16,163 bases of DNA from a virus (taxonomy: Duplodnaviria; Heunggongvirae; Uroviricota; Caudoviricetes): IMG/VR virus record IMGVR_UViG_3300032242_001414, positions 73,079 to 89,241 of that record; one strand, written 5' to 3'. Shown one piece after another: positions 1-9,005 of this stretch (its first letter is position 1; each line of letters opens with the position of its first letter). Made by a program: the position numbers and the translations under genes. The notes below the pieces were generated by a model. The model was not told the DNA's origin and ran no database searches. It saw only the letters and a program-made list of their open reading frames with translations.

Positions 1-3000
1 TATACATTTACTAATCAAGGTGGTGAGAAAGAAGTTTTACAAGAAGGAAGAGAGTATTTAAAAGTTAGTTTTGATAAAGCAAGTTCAGTTAAAGTTGATG
101 AGGATAGATATGCAGTGACTGCTCCTAATGGACAAGTTACGTATCATAAAACTCAAGAGGCTGCAGATAATGCTGTTGAGGAAATTAATGATAAAATCAA
201 TGACTTAATTAAGTTTAAAGTTATTGGATTAAATAATGATGGTACAGTTAAGGTGGAAGATAGTAATGGTAACATTCAAAATGTTTCTACTGATGAACTA
301 GTTGGATATGAAAGAATTCAAACTGACCAAGAGAAGTTACAGAAGTTTTCTGATGATATAAAAAAAGAACAAGCAGAGATTGAGCTTAACTCTGGTGATG
401 TAGCTACAGGTGATTCATCTGTTGTTGTAAATTTAGATGAGGGTAAGTTAAAAGATGCTAGTATATTATTTGAATCTACAACATCTGAATCTGAGGGAGA
501 GAACTTTGTACCTAAGCCTCATCAGGCACGTACTATTGAATTCTTAAATAATATTGGTGGATTTGCTAACAGAGCTAGAATCAAAGCTATTTTAGTTACT
601 GCTAATCAAGAGGATACTCTTGGATTAACAGGATTAAGTGAAATGCAATTTAGCAAACCTAAAGCTGATGTAGAAAATCTTACAAATGTAGATAAAGGAT
701 TTGTAGCTGCTGTATATGTAGAACAAGATGGTGATAATGTTTACTTTGTAGATAAAGAAGGTAAACGTATTGCTAAGGTGGGTGATAAGATGGATATGAG
801 CAAAGTGGTGTTTAACACTATGCCTACTACAGATTTAAGATATGAAAGTAGTAAATCTCCTAAATACAGAACTGAGCAAAAAGCACAAGCTGAAGCTAAA
901 GCTGCTGGATGGAGAGAAATGAGATCTAAGTTATTTGAAGCACCTGGATATAAAGTGTACAATTTCACAGTGTCTAATGGTATTCCTATCACTGTTCAAA
1001 ATGAAAGAAATAATGTTGCTGGTACATTAGTTCCTCAAAATGTAGTATCTACACAAGAGGGATTGATTCAAGTGTCTAATACAGGATTTATATTCCATAA
1101 AGGAAAACAAGTTAAGGTTCAAGTTGGACATCCTTACATTCGATATAATGATACATTACAAGGTGTAAGAGGTAGAACCTTTACAGCTAAAGAAGCAAAA
1201 GGTGTAGTTGAAGTTTTAAAGAACATCTCTGATGAAGTTAATAATCAATTAGCTGCTGGTAAACCAATCAAAATCAATAGGTTATATTCTACATATTTGC
1301 AGAATGTATTGTATTGGAAAAGTAAGGGAGCCAATGCTGCTAACCAAATCTTTATTAACACTAACACAATGAATCTTGAGTTAGGTAAGGAAAAGTATGA
1401 CCTAACTAAGATTGCTGAATCAGAAGATAAAATAGTTGACCAATTAAAAACTGTGTATCAGAATATTAATAGAGATACACTTACTAAGAAGTTTCATGAT
1501 AAGTTCTTAGAACCACATATTGGTCCTGATGGTAATTTAACTATCAGTGAGTGGGATAACTATCAAACATATTTATTAGCAGATAAGTTTCCTGATGGGT
1601 CTTCTAGATCTATTAGTGAAACTCCTTTGTCTACAAACGTAGCAAAGATTACAGATGCTGTTCCTTATAATTTCAAACAGAAGTATGCTATTCTAGAAGG
1701 AATGGAACTTCCTGAGGTGGTAGTTAAACCTACTGTTCAAACACAAGAAGTAACTGATGTTGTTGGTGGATATAAGTTAGATGGTGTTACAGAAAACATC
1801 TTTGACTTATCTAGTGGACCTGTATTGTTTACAGCTACACAAGATGCAAGTGGTAATACATTTGTTAAAATAGCTGATAATCAAACAGTTGCAGATATTG
1901 CTAAGGATGAAGCTAAGGTTAAACAAATTGTAGATGCTCTAAAAGCTAATGATAGTTTTGATGCAAGTAAAAGTGATGCTGATATAGTTAAGGACTTCCT
2001 TAAGCTTAGAATTGCTGCTGAGATTCAGAAAGAAGCACAAGCTGCTCCTGTAGTTCAGGCAGCTCCTGTTGCTCAAGCTCCTGTAGTTTCTGTTCAAGAA
2101 GATGTGGAAACACCAGAAACAAAAGAAGAATCTATCAATAAATTAATAAAAATATTTGTTCCTGATATAGATAATCCAAATTATGAATTAAATAAGTTTG
2201 ATGAAAATATCATAAATGAAATAAAAAATAACACTGTTGAATTTTTAGATAGAAATATAGATGGTTTAAGAAAAAGGATAGAAGATGATCCACAAAGTCC
2301 AATTATTGATATAAATAAAGATACTTTAAAATATTTTGAAAAAGTAAGAAAAAATTATTCTAATACAAAACTAGCTGCTTCAGAAGGTGGTGTTAAAACA
2401 GACTTAAGCAACTCTAAAGCACCTAAGGATTCTGAATATAGAATGTTAGGTCAAGAGAATGTTAAAGGAATGACAGATGCTGAGATTGAATTATTCAAAG
2501 AATGGCATGCTAAGAATGTTCCTAATATTCCTTTTGAAATATTAGATCGTATCATTACTACACATGATGGTCAAAAGGCTTGGGGTGTGTTTGAAGATGG
2601 TGTAGCTAAATTCTACAAAGCTGGTCAGAGAGGTACAGAATATCATGAGATATTTGAGGGTATATGGAAAGGGTTCTTATCTCAAGAAGAGCAACAAGCT
2701 ATTCTTGATGAGTTCAAAGCTAAGACTGGTAAGTTTAAAGATAGAGAATCTGGTAAGATGTTATTCTATGAAGAAGCTACAGATAAACAAGCTAAGGAAA
2801 GAATAGCTGATGACTTTGCTGATTTCAGACTTGGTAAATTACCAGCTAGAAGTATTGGTGAAAGAATCTTAAACTTCTTTAGAAACATTATTGACTTTGT
2901 TAAATCATTTGTAAACAAACCTTCTAGAAAAGAAGAGTTGTTTAAAGCTATTGATACAGGTAAATATAAAACTGCTACATTATCTGAAGCTGTTAAATCT

Positions 3001-6000
3001 GCAGCTCCTGAATATAAAGCAGCTGAAGGATTGACTCAAGGTCAAACTAATGATATAGTTAAAGATATGACTGCCAGAGTGTTTAGAAACATCTTTGGTA
3101 CAAATAGATCATTATATGAGATTTCTAACTTAACTGCTCCTGAAATATTTGGTGCTATCAAGACTGAATATGCAGAAGAGAATAAGGTGGTTGGAGATAA
3201 AACTTGGTCAGATCTTGTAACTAAAACAAAAGAGTTCTTACGTACATTTAAAATTGAGTTTGATGAGGATAACTTATTAGATATCAATGCAGATAATGTA
3301 ACTAATAGAATGTATGCTGCTGAAGCATTCACTACAGACTGGAAGAAGAATTCTCCATATCCTGTTAAATTGGTTGTAGGTACATTAGTAGAAACTGATG
3401 CTACAAATCAAGTGGATAGTTCTACATTATCTTTACCTAAAGCTGCTGTAACTAATGGTGCTACAAAAGGTTTCTTAAAGTTATTAAACTTCAGTAGAGC
3501 ATTTGCTACAGTGATAGATAAGTTAGCTAACACTACTAAGGTGACTAAGATGGTAGATAAGTTAGTAGACTTAGCTAAGTATGACTCTAACTATGTTAGA
3601 TTGTTCACTCGTCTTAAGGGTGATAGAAACTCAATGGAGATAGACTTTAGCAAGTTTGAACCACATGATTGGAGATTGTTTGTACAATTTTACCAAACAT
3701 TTACAAAACAAAATCCTCAAGCATTAGTACAATATGTTGGTAATGGAGATGTATATACAGCTCCTGCTAATCAATTCACTGTAACTAAGCAAACTAAAGA
3801 GGATTGGGTAAATAATCTTAAAGACTTATCTACAGATCCTAATTCATTTGTTAGATATAATAAGACTCAAAAGACTTACAAGGTTGTATCTACAGAAGGT
3901 GTAGATATTAGTACACCACAGAAGTCAGTAGAGTTTTTAAATAAGATTGGTATCACATATACATTAGATACTTATTTAAAGTTAAAGCCTGAGCAAAGAG
4001 ATGAATTTAATAAAGCTGTAGGTGCTATTCATACATATTTTGGAAAAACAGGAGAGATTGCTACAGTGAGTGGTGAGACATTAGGTATTAATGGTCCATT
4101 AGATACATTAGCTGACTTGTTTGTTAAGGTGGAAAATCCTGTTCAGGATAGTACATTTGCTAACGTAGAAGGTGAGAAGAGACAAGCTTATTCTGAAAAC
4201 AATGCTCCTTCAGTATTTGCAAATGAGGTAAATGAGGCTGAAACAATTGATGAGTTAAAAGAAGCTAGACCTGAGCTTAATGATGTATTCTCTACACATT
4301 CTCAATTCCTTAAAAAGGGAGGATTGTTCTTCAATGCTGCAGGTAAGAGAATCAAATCATTAGTAGTTTCTTACATTGATGGTACAAAGAATACAGATGA
4401 TGATAAGAGTGTAAGCACTACAGGATTGACTCTTGGTAACAGATTTACACAAGAGCTTAACCAAAACTTTAATGGTAACTACTATATATTAAACCCAGCA
4501 GATTCATCTACAGAATGGATGGTTAACTTGGGTAATAATATCAAGTTTGCTGAGGTGAGTGGTGGATTAGCTTGGAATAAAACATATACAATATTTAAAG
4601 GATATTTAAAAGATGATATTGCTTTAGCTCAAAGTGATAGAAGTTATTTATCAAACACTGCTCCTAGAGCTAAGGAGTTACGTTTCTTTAAAGATATTCT
4701 TACAGGTAAGACATTATCCGATGCTAACAACTTGATTATCAATGGTGCTACACAAGAGCAGATTGATGAGTTTATTGATAATAATATTGAGAAGATCAAT
4801 GCTGATGTGAAAGTATTCATTGAAAACAATGTAGCTGAAACTAAAAGGATATTGATGTACAACAATAAGATTGTCAACAATCCTAATGGTACATTGAAAT
4901 ATGAATCTTTAGATAATACATTCAGCACAGCTGAAAGATTAAATAAGAATGCATTAAGTAATGATGATGTTAATGAGATTTTAACATTTGCTAGAATTAA
5001 CTATGTTATCAATAACATAGAAATGCATAAAGCATTATTTGGTGATCCATATCAGTTTGATATTAAGAAAGGTAATTTAGATGAAACTAAGCGTATCAAA
5101 TCATTTTTATCTCCTAGAAGAACTACATTTGATAGCCCTGAGTTTAACTCATTCCATAATCAAGAATATAACAAAGCTAATGGAATAACATTAAATTCTA
5201 CTGACCCTGGATATCATACATTCAAACCATATACAAACACTGTAACTCTTAGAGATGTAGTTCTTGAAAATGGTACTAAAGAATCAGATGCTGCTTCTTA
5301 TATAATGGATGGTACATACAGAGAAGTTAAACTTAGAAATGGTGAGTGGGATTTAAATAGTCCTGCTGAAATATGGCATCAATGGCAAATGGCTTATACA
5401 AGAAATGCATATGCTAATAAAGGAGAATACACTTACACAAATAAAGCTCTTCAAAAGCAAGACGTTGAATTACTTAAAACTCCTGAACCTGAATATGTTA
5501 CAGAGGTAATGAAACCTATTGTATCTGGTAACAAGTATGGTAAGAACCAATTTGATCTTGTATTAGATAAGTTCTCTCAAATGCCTCTATATTATAAAGC
5601 TATTGAAGGAACTAACCTAGAGACTTTATATACTAATATGTGGAAGCAAGGAGTTGGTTATGCTGTATTTGAATCTGGTAGAAAGGTAGGTGCTGAGAAG
5701 TTATATGACTTATATAAAAATGGTGAAGTTAACACTGAAACATTTGATAATATTATTCCTGTAGCTTGGAAGACTTATGGTATTCAAGTGGAGAATAGCT
5801 ATGCAGGAGCTAAAGCACAAACACGTGGTTCTCAGCTTACTAAGTTATCTAGCTTAGATATATTTGATAATGGTGTTGCTACAAGTTCTGAAGCTGCTGC
5901 AGAATATACACGTAATAAAGAAATACTAAATGCATTACATACAGAAGCTTACACTCAACTGTTAGATAAATTAGGTATTGAAGATCTTGGTGATGGATTT

Positions 6001-9000
6001 AATGTAATAGATCCAGTGGCTGTATCTCAAACTCTTGAGTATGAAATGTTAAGAAGAGAGTTATCTGATAATATTAAAGATACAGTACAGCTTGATGAGA
6101 ATGGACAATTTAGAGTTCCATTTGAAGCATCTCCTGCATACGCACAGATTAGAAACATTCTTTACTCTATGGTAGATAAGGCTCTTATTTCTCCTAAGAT
6201 GAATGGTGGTGCTAAGGTGCAGGTTCCTTCAACTCTATGGGAGTCTGGAAAGAGAGACGCTAAACAAGCTAATCCTGTATTGAAGTTCTATACTAAAGAT
6301 AAACCATACATAGAAGTGATGCTTCCTCATTCATTTAAAGATCAGTTTAAAAAAGCTGGATTTAAGTCTGATGAAGAACTATTAGCATATTTAAACAAGC
6401 CTGAGAATGAATCAATTCTTAGAGGTATTGGTTTCCGTATTCCTACACAGGCATTAAGTTCTGCAGAGGTATTTAAAATCAAAGGTTTCTTACCACAATC
6501 TATGGGAGATACAGTTGTTGTACCTTCTGAGATTACTAGCAAAGCAGGATCTGACTTTGATATAGATAAGCTTAATATCTATTTAAAGAATACATATGTT
6601 AACTCTAAAGGTCAATTAAAAGAAGTTCCATTCTTTGGATATGGTGAAGAAGCTAAAGCAGCTATTAAGAAGTTTATATTAAAAGAAGATTTAGAAAGCA
6701 TCTTTGATATTAACGAAAGAACTATAGCAGCTACAGAAGATGATTATGGTACATTAGCAGATAAGTTATATAAACAATCTCTTGAGAATCAATACTTTGA
6801 TAGTCTTGAAAAGTTATTAACTCTTGATGAAAACTATGAAAGATTAATTAATCCTGTATCTGATGGTGGATTAGAAAAGGTTTCTGAAGATTTAGATAAG
6901 CTTAGAGGCACTGATGAAAGCAAGATTAAGAATAGAATTCTTGATGGTAACTACATGACATCATTAAGACATGCATTTGTTACTGCTAAGAAGTGGGTAG
7001 GTATTGGTGCTGTTAATATTACTAATCATTCATTAGCTCAGAAAGGACAAGTATTTCTTGATCCTGCTAAAGTGGCTGCATTAGATAGCTATGAGAAAAA
7101 GTTATTAGGCAATGGTCAAATAGCTCTTCCTCATAACAAATTGACTATTGGTGGTAGAGAAGTAGTATCTTTATCTGGTGTTAAGGATAGAGCAGGTAAA
7201 TATATCTCTGATAACTTATCTGGATTCATCACATCATTTGTGGATGTAGCTAAGAATCCATACATTCTTAAAGTGGTTGGTAGTAACAATGTTATTGGTA
7301 CAGCAATGTTCTTAACAAGAATAGGAAGTCCTGTAAAAACTACAGCATTGTTCTTGAACCAACCTATCATTAAAGAATACTTAAACTACTTAGATAGTAT
7401 TGATTCTAAATCTGTATACAGCAAGAAGAACTTAGATGTAATTAAAGCTAAGTTCCCAACTGATAGAAAGTCAGCTATTGCTGCTAAGATTGAAATGAAG
7501 AATCTTGCTCCTAATATTAAGAACTACTATGCTGGTAAGGCTATAGATAATGCTGAGCAACAAAGAATATTAGCTGAGTTCTTGAAATATCATAAGATGG
7601 CTCAATATGCATTTAAACTTACACAAGCTACTAACTATGACACTACTAAGTTCAGAAGTGCAGAAGCTATGGGTAAGAAGAGAATGAGAACAGAAACAGC
7701 TGAAGATTCAAACATATTTACGTCTGCTAAAGATATATTAAATAATTCATTTATAGGTGAGCAAGCTAACTTAGCTGAGAAGTCTATGAATTCTTTAGGA
7801 GCTATATTAAAACTTGATCAGCTTCAATACTCAGTTATTACTAGTAAGGTCTTAGATAAATATGCAGCTAATGAATACTTAGGTGCTGAGAACTTTGATA
7901 CAATTGCTGCTAAAATTAAGGCATCATTTATTGATTACATCTTCCAAACTAAGACTGATTTAACTGATAGAACAAAAGATTTATTAATTGATCCATATAC
8001 AGCAGTTGCAGGAGAAATAACTAAAGCTAGAAAGGCTAATCCAGATATAGAAATCTTACAACAATTAACTCAAGCTTCTTCTGACAGGGTGGGTGGTGCT
8101 AAGAGTATTAAATTGAAAGCTAATCTTAAAGATGCTTTTGATGAGAACTTGTATACAGATATGATGAGAGAGCTTAGAGATAACCCAGCTACAAATGCTT
8201 TATATAATAAGATTGTAGACTTGGGTATTCTTCAAGGAACATACCAATCAGCTATATCTATTAAGAATATTATTCCTATTGAGGATTATACTAAGAGAGT
8301 GGAGAATGCTATTAGCTCAGCATCTTCTGACTTAAACTTAGATAACTTCAGTAAGTTTGGTGCATTTGAAAGAAACAACTGGAAAGATGAGAATGTATTC
8401 AAGAAGGTAACAGTTGTACCAAGTTTATACAATGAAGGATTTAATGATAATGGAGAATTCATCACTGATATTCAGTTTGAACAATTTCCTACATTAGAAG
8501 GTTTATCTGAAGCAGGAGTTAAGAATGTATTAGTGCTTGACAGATTTGATAACTTTGCTGATGTTGGTTCTGATTACATATTAATTCCTAGAGTGGTAAA
8601 TAATGGTAAGCAAAGAATTGATATCATTGATGGTAAGCCTGTAAATAGTGCTGACTATGCTAGAAGAAAAGCTGCAGGTGATACATCTTTAAATGATGTA
8701 ATGGGCTTCCAGAAAGTTAGATTTGAGAATGGAGAAGAACTAGCTAGGGGTTCTAATGTATACTACAAAGCTATTAATCTTTGGGGAGATGGTCAGTATG
8801 CTACAGAGATGTACAATGATACTAGAAAATCTGTGTTTAATAATGGTACAGTGAAGATAGAAAATGAAATTCCTGATCAAAAAATTATTGATCATGTTAT
8901 GGGAGTAACTGAAGAAGTTGTACCTTTACAAGATCAAGCTGAAGAGATCAAACCAGAAGGATTACCTCCAATTAAAGATAACAACCAAAATAACTGCGGA

Positions 9001-9003
9001 TAA
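1..9003 (+). CDS. Giant virion-type DNA-dependent RNA polymerase polyprotein (crAss-like, phi14:2 gp66-type single-chain beta/beta' fusion) with an N-terminal extension and zincin-like module; 5'-truncated
   Basis: Frame 1 is open from base 1 (YTFTNQGGEKEVLQEGREYLKVSFDKASSVKVDEDRYA precedes the GTG at 115) to TAA 9001-9003. Motifs: GSDFDIDKL (DFDID 6553-6567), GFRIPTQ (R 6436), LFGDP..D..KR (5035-5094), SDAASY (D 5287), MKP (K 5512), DKFSQMPL (K 5569), ESGRKVG (K 5683), FVDVAKNP (7237-7260). DFDID is the established catalytic motif of crAss-like virion RNAPs. Confidence 0.92.
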   Translation, partial: YTFTNQGGEKEVLQEGREYLKVSFDKASSVKVDEDRYAVTAPNGQVTYHKTQEAADNAVEEINDKINDLIKFKVIGLNNDGTVKVEDSNGNIQNVSTDELVGYERIQTDQEKLQKFSDDIKKEQAEIELNSGDVATGDSSVVVNLDEGKLKDASILFESTTSESEGENFVPKPHQARTIEFLNNIGGFANRARIKAILVTANQEDTLGLTGLSEMQFSKPKADVENLTNVDKGFVAAVYVEQDGDNVYFVDKEGKRIAKVGDKMDMSKVVFNTMPTTDLRYESSKSPKYRTEQKAQAEAKAAGWREMRSKLFEAPGYKVYNFTVSNGIPITVQNERNNVAGTLVPQNVVSTQEGLIQVSNTGFIFHKGKQVKVQVGHPYIRYNDTLQGVRGRTFTAKEAKGVVEVLKNISDEVNNQLAAGKPIKINRLYSTYLQNVLYWKSKGANAANQIFINTNTMNLELGKEKYDLTKIAESEDKIVDQLKTVYQNINRDTLTKKFHDKFLEPHIGPDGNLTISEWDNYQTYLLADKFPDGSSRSISETPLSTNVAKITDAVPYNFKQKYAILEGMELPEVVVKPTVQTQEVTDVVGGYKLDGVTENIFDLSSGPVLFTATQDASGNTFVKIADNQTVADIAKDEAKVKQIVDALKANDSFDASKSDADIVKDFLKLRIAAEIQKEAQAAPVVQAAPVAQAPVVSVQEDVETPETKEESINKLIKIFVPDIDNPNYELNKFDENIINEIKNNTVEFLDRNIDGLRKRIEDDPQSPIIDINKDTLKYFEKVRKNYSNTKLAASEGGVKTDLSNSKAPKDSEYRMLGQENVKGMTDAEIELFKEWHAKNVPNIPFEILDRIITTHDGQKAWGVFEDGVAKFYKAGQRGTEYHEIFEGIWKGFLSQEEQQAILDEFKAKTGKFKDRESGKMLFYEEATDKQAKERIADDFADFRLGKLPARSIGERILNFFRNIIDFVKSFVNKPSRKEELFKAIDTGKYKTATLSEAVKSAAPEYKAAEGLTQGQTNDIVKDMTARVFRNIFGTNRSLYEISNLTAPEIFGAIKTEYAEENKVVGDKTWSDLVTKTKEFLRTFKIEFDEDNLLDINADNVTNRMYAAEAFTTDWKKNSPYPVKLVVGTLVETDATNQVDSSTLSLPKAAVTNGATKGFLKLLNFSRAFATVIDKLANTTKVTKMVDKLVDLAKYDSNYVRLFTRLKGDRNSMEIDFSKFEPHDWRLFVQFYQTFTKQNPQALVQYVGNGDVYTAPANQFTVTKQTKEDWVNNLKDLSTDPNSFVRYNKTQKTYKVVSTEGVDISTPQKSVEFLNKIGITYTLDTYLKLKPEQRDEFNKAVGAIHTYFGKTGEIATVSGETLGINGPLDTLADLFVKVENPVQDSTFANVEGEKRQAYSENNAPSVFANEVNEAETIDELKEARPELNDVFSTHSQFLKKGGLFFNAAGKRIKSLVVSYIDGTKNTDDDKSVSTTGLTLGNRFTQELNQNFNGNYYILNPADSSTEWMVNLGNNIKFAEVSGGLAWNKTYTIFKGYLKDDIALAQSDRSYLSNTAPRAKELRFFKDILTGKTLSDANNLIINGATQEQIDEFIDNNIEKINADVKVFIENNVAETKRILMYNNKIVNNPNGTLKYESLDNTFSTAERLNKNALSNDDVNEILTFARINYVINNIEMHKALFGDPYQFDIKKGNLDETKRIKSFLSPRRTTFDSPEFNSFHNQEYNKANGITLNSTDPGYHTFKPYTNTVTLRDVVLENGTKESDAASYIMDGTYREVKLRNGEWDLNSPAEIWHQWQMAYTRNAYANKGEYTYTNKALQKQDVELLKTPEPEYVTEVMKPIVSGNKYGKNQFDLVLDKFSQMPLYYKAIEGTNLETLYTNMWKQGVGYAVFESGRKVGAEKLYDLYKNGEVNTETFDNIIPVAWKTYGIQVENSYAGAKAQTRGSQLTKLSSLDIFDNGVATSSEAAAEYTRNKEILNALHTEAYTQLLDKLGIEDLGDGFNVIDPVAVSQTLEYEMLRRELSDNIKDTVQLDENGQFRVPFEASPAYAQIRNILYSMVDKALISPKMNGGAKVQVPSTLWESGKRDAKQANPVLKFYTKDKPYIEVMLPHSFKDQFKKAGFKSDEELLAYLNKPENESILRGIGFRIPTQALSSAEVFKIKGFLPQSMGDTVVVPSEITSKAGSDFDIDKLNIYLKNTYVNSKGQLKEVPFFGYGEEAKAAIKKFILKEDLESIFDINERTIAATEDDYGTLADKLYKQSLENQYFDSLEKLLTLDENYERLINPVSDGGLEKVSEDLDKLRGTDESKIKNRILDGNYMTSLRHAFVTAKKWVGIGAVNITNHSLAQKGQVFLDPAKVAALDSYEKKLLGNGQIALPHNKLTIGGREVVSLSGVKDRAGKYISDNLSGFITSFVDVAKNPYILKVVGSNNVIGTAMFLTRIGSPVKTTALFLNQPIIKEYLNYLDSIDSKSVYSKKNLDVIKAKFPTDRKSAIAAKIEMKNLAPNIKNYYAGKAIDNAEQQRILAEFLKYHKMAQYAFKLTQATNYDTTKFRSAEAMGKKRMRTETAEDSNIFTSAKDILNNSFIGEQANLAEKSMNSLGAILKLDQLQYSVITSKVLDKYAANEYLGAENFDTIAAKIKASFIDYIFQTKTDLTDRTKDLLIDPYTAVAGEITKARKANPDIEILQQLTQASSDRVGGAKSIKLKANLKDAFDENLYTDMMRELRDNPATNALYNKIVDLGILQGTYQSAISIKNIIPIEDYTKRVENAISSASSDLNLDNFSKFGAFERNNWKDENVFKKVTVVPSLYNEGFNDNGEFITDIQFEQFPTLEGLSEAGVKNVLVLDRFDNFADVGSDYILIPRVVNNGKQRIDIIDGKPVNSADYARRKAAGDTSLNDVMGFQKVRFENGEELARGSNVYYKAINLWGDGQYATEMYNDTRKSVFNNGTVKIENEIPDQKIIDHVMGVTEEVVPLQDQAEEIKPEGLPPIKDNNQNNCG
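2038..2088 (+). repeat. Short Ala/Pro/Val/Gln linker repeat (QAAPVV-QAAPVA-QAPVV) within the RNAP polyprotein
   Basis: Three imperfect copies read directly from the translation; composition typical of a flexible inter-domain linker. Confidence 0.7.
2434..3018 (+). other. Zincin-like (metallopeptidase-fold) module with degenerate motif HEIFE
   Basis: Layout W-G-x-F strand, then T-E-Y-H-E-I-F-E helix (2644-2658), then KERIADDF helix, then ILNFFRNIIDFVKSF helix. This matches the zincin-like domains known from crAss-like cargo and polyvalent proteins; the second His of HExxH is Glu. Boundaries approximate. Confidence 0.65.
5035..7260 (+). other. RNAP catalytic core (two double-psi beta-barrels) including the Mg-binding DFDID loop
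   Basis: Beta-like barrel residues (D 5287, K 5512/5569/5683) are followed in the same chain by beta'-like RxP (6436-6444) and DxDxD (6553-6567), 39 codons apart. Boundaries approximate. Confidence 0.8.
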
Positions 9004-9005
9004 TG
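9001..9005 (+). promoter_or_regulatory. TAATG stop/start overlap (translational coupling of ORF1 and ORF2)
   Basis: TAA 9001-9003 shares its last A with ATG 9003-9005. No properly spaced Shine-Dalgarno; A at -3. Confidence 0.8.

Noticed and set aside
115-117. GTG start of the large ORF given in the ORF track
   Set aside because: The frame is open and coding-like from base 1, so the real start lies upstream.
5035-7260. Intron, intein or homing endonuclease in the RNAP (common in crAss-like phages)
   Set aside because: The frame is continuous, motif spacing is compact, and no LAGLIDADG, HNH or GIY-YIG motifs were seen.
8989-9000. Asn-Cys at the RNAP C-terminus resembling an intein splice junction
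   Set aside because: No HINT/intein blocks are recognisable, and only one residue follows the Cys.
8985-9005. Possible programmed -1 frameshift fusing ORF1 and ORF2
   Set aside because: The ORF2 frame has a TAA at 8991-8993, and the remaining window 8994-9002 has no slippery heptamer. Ordinary coupling explains the junction.
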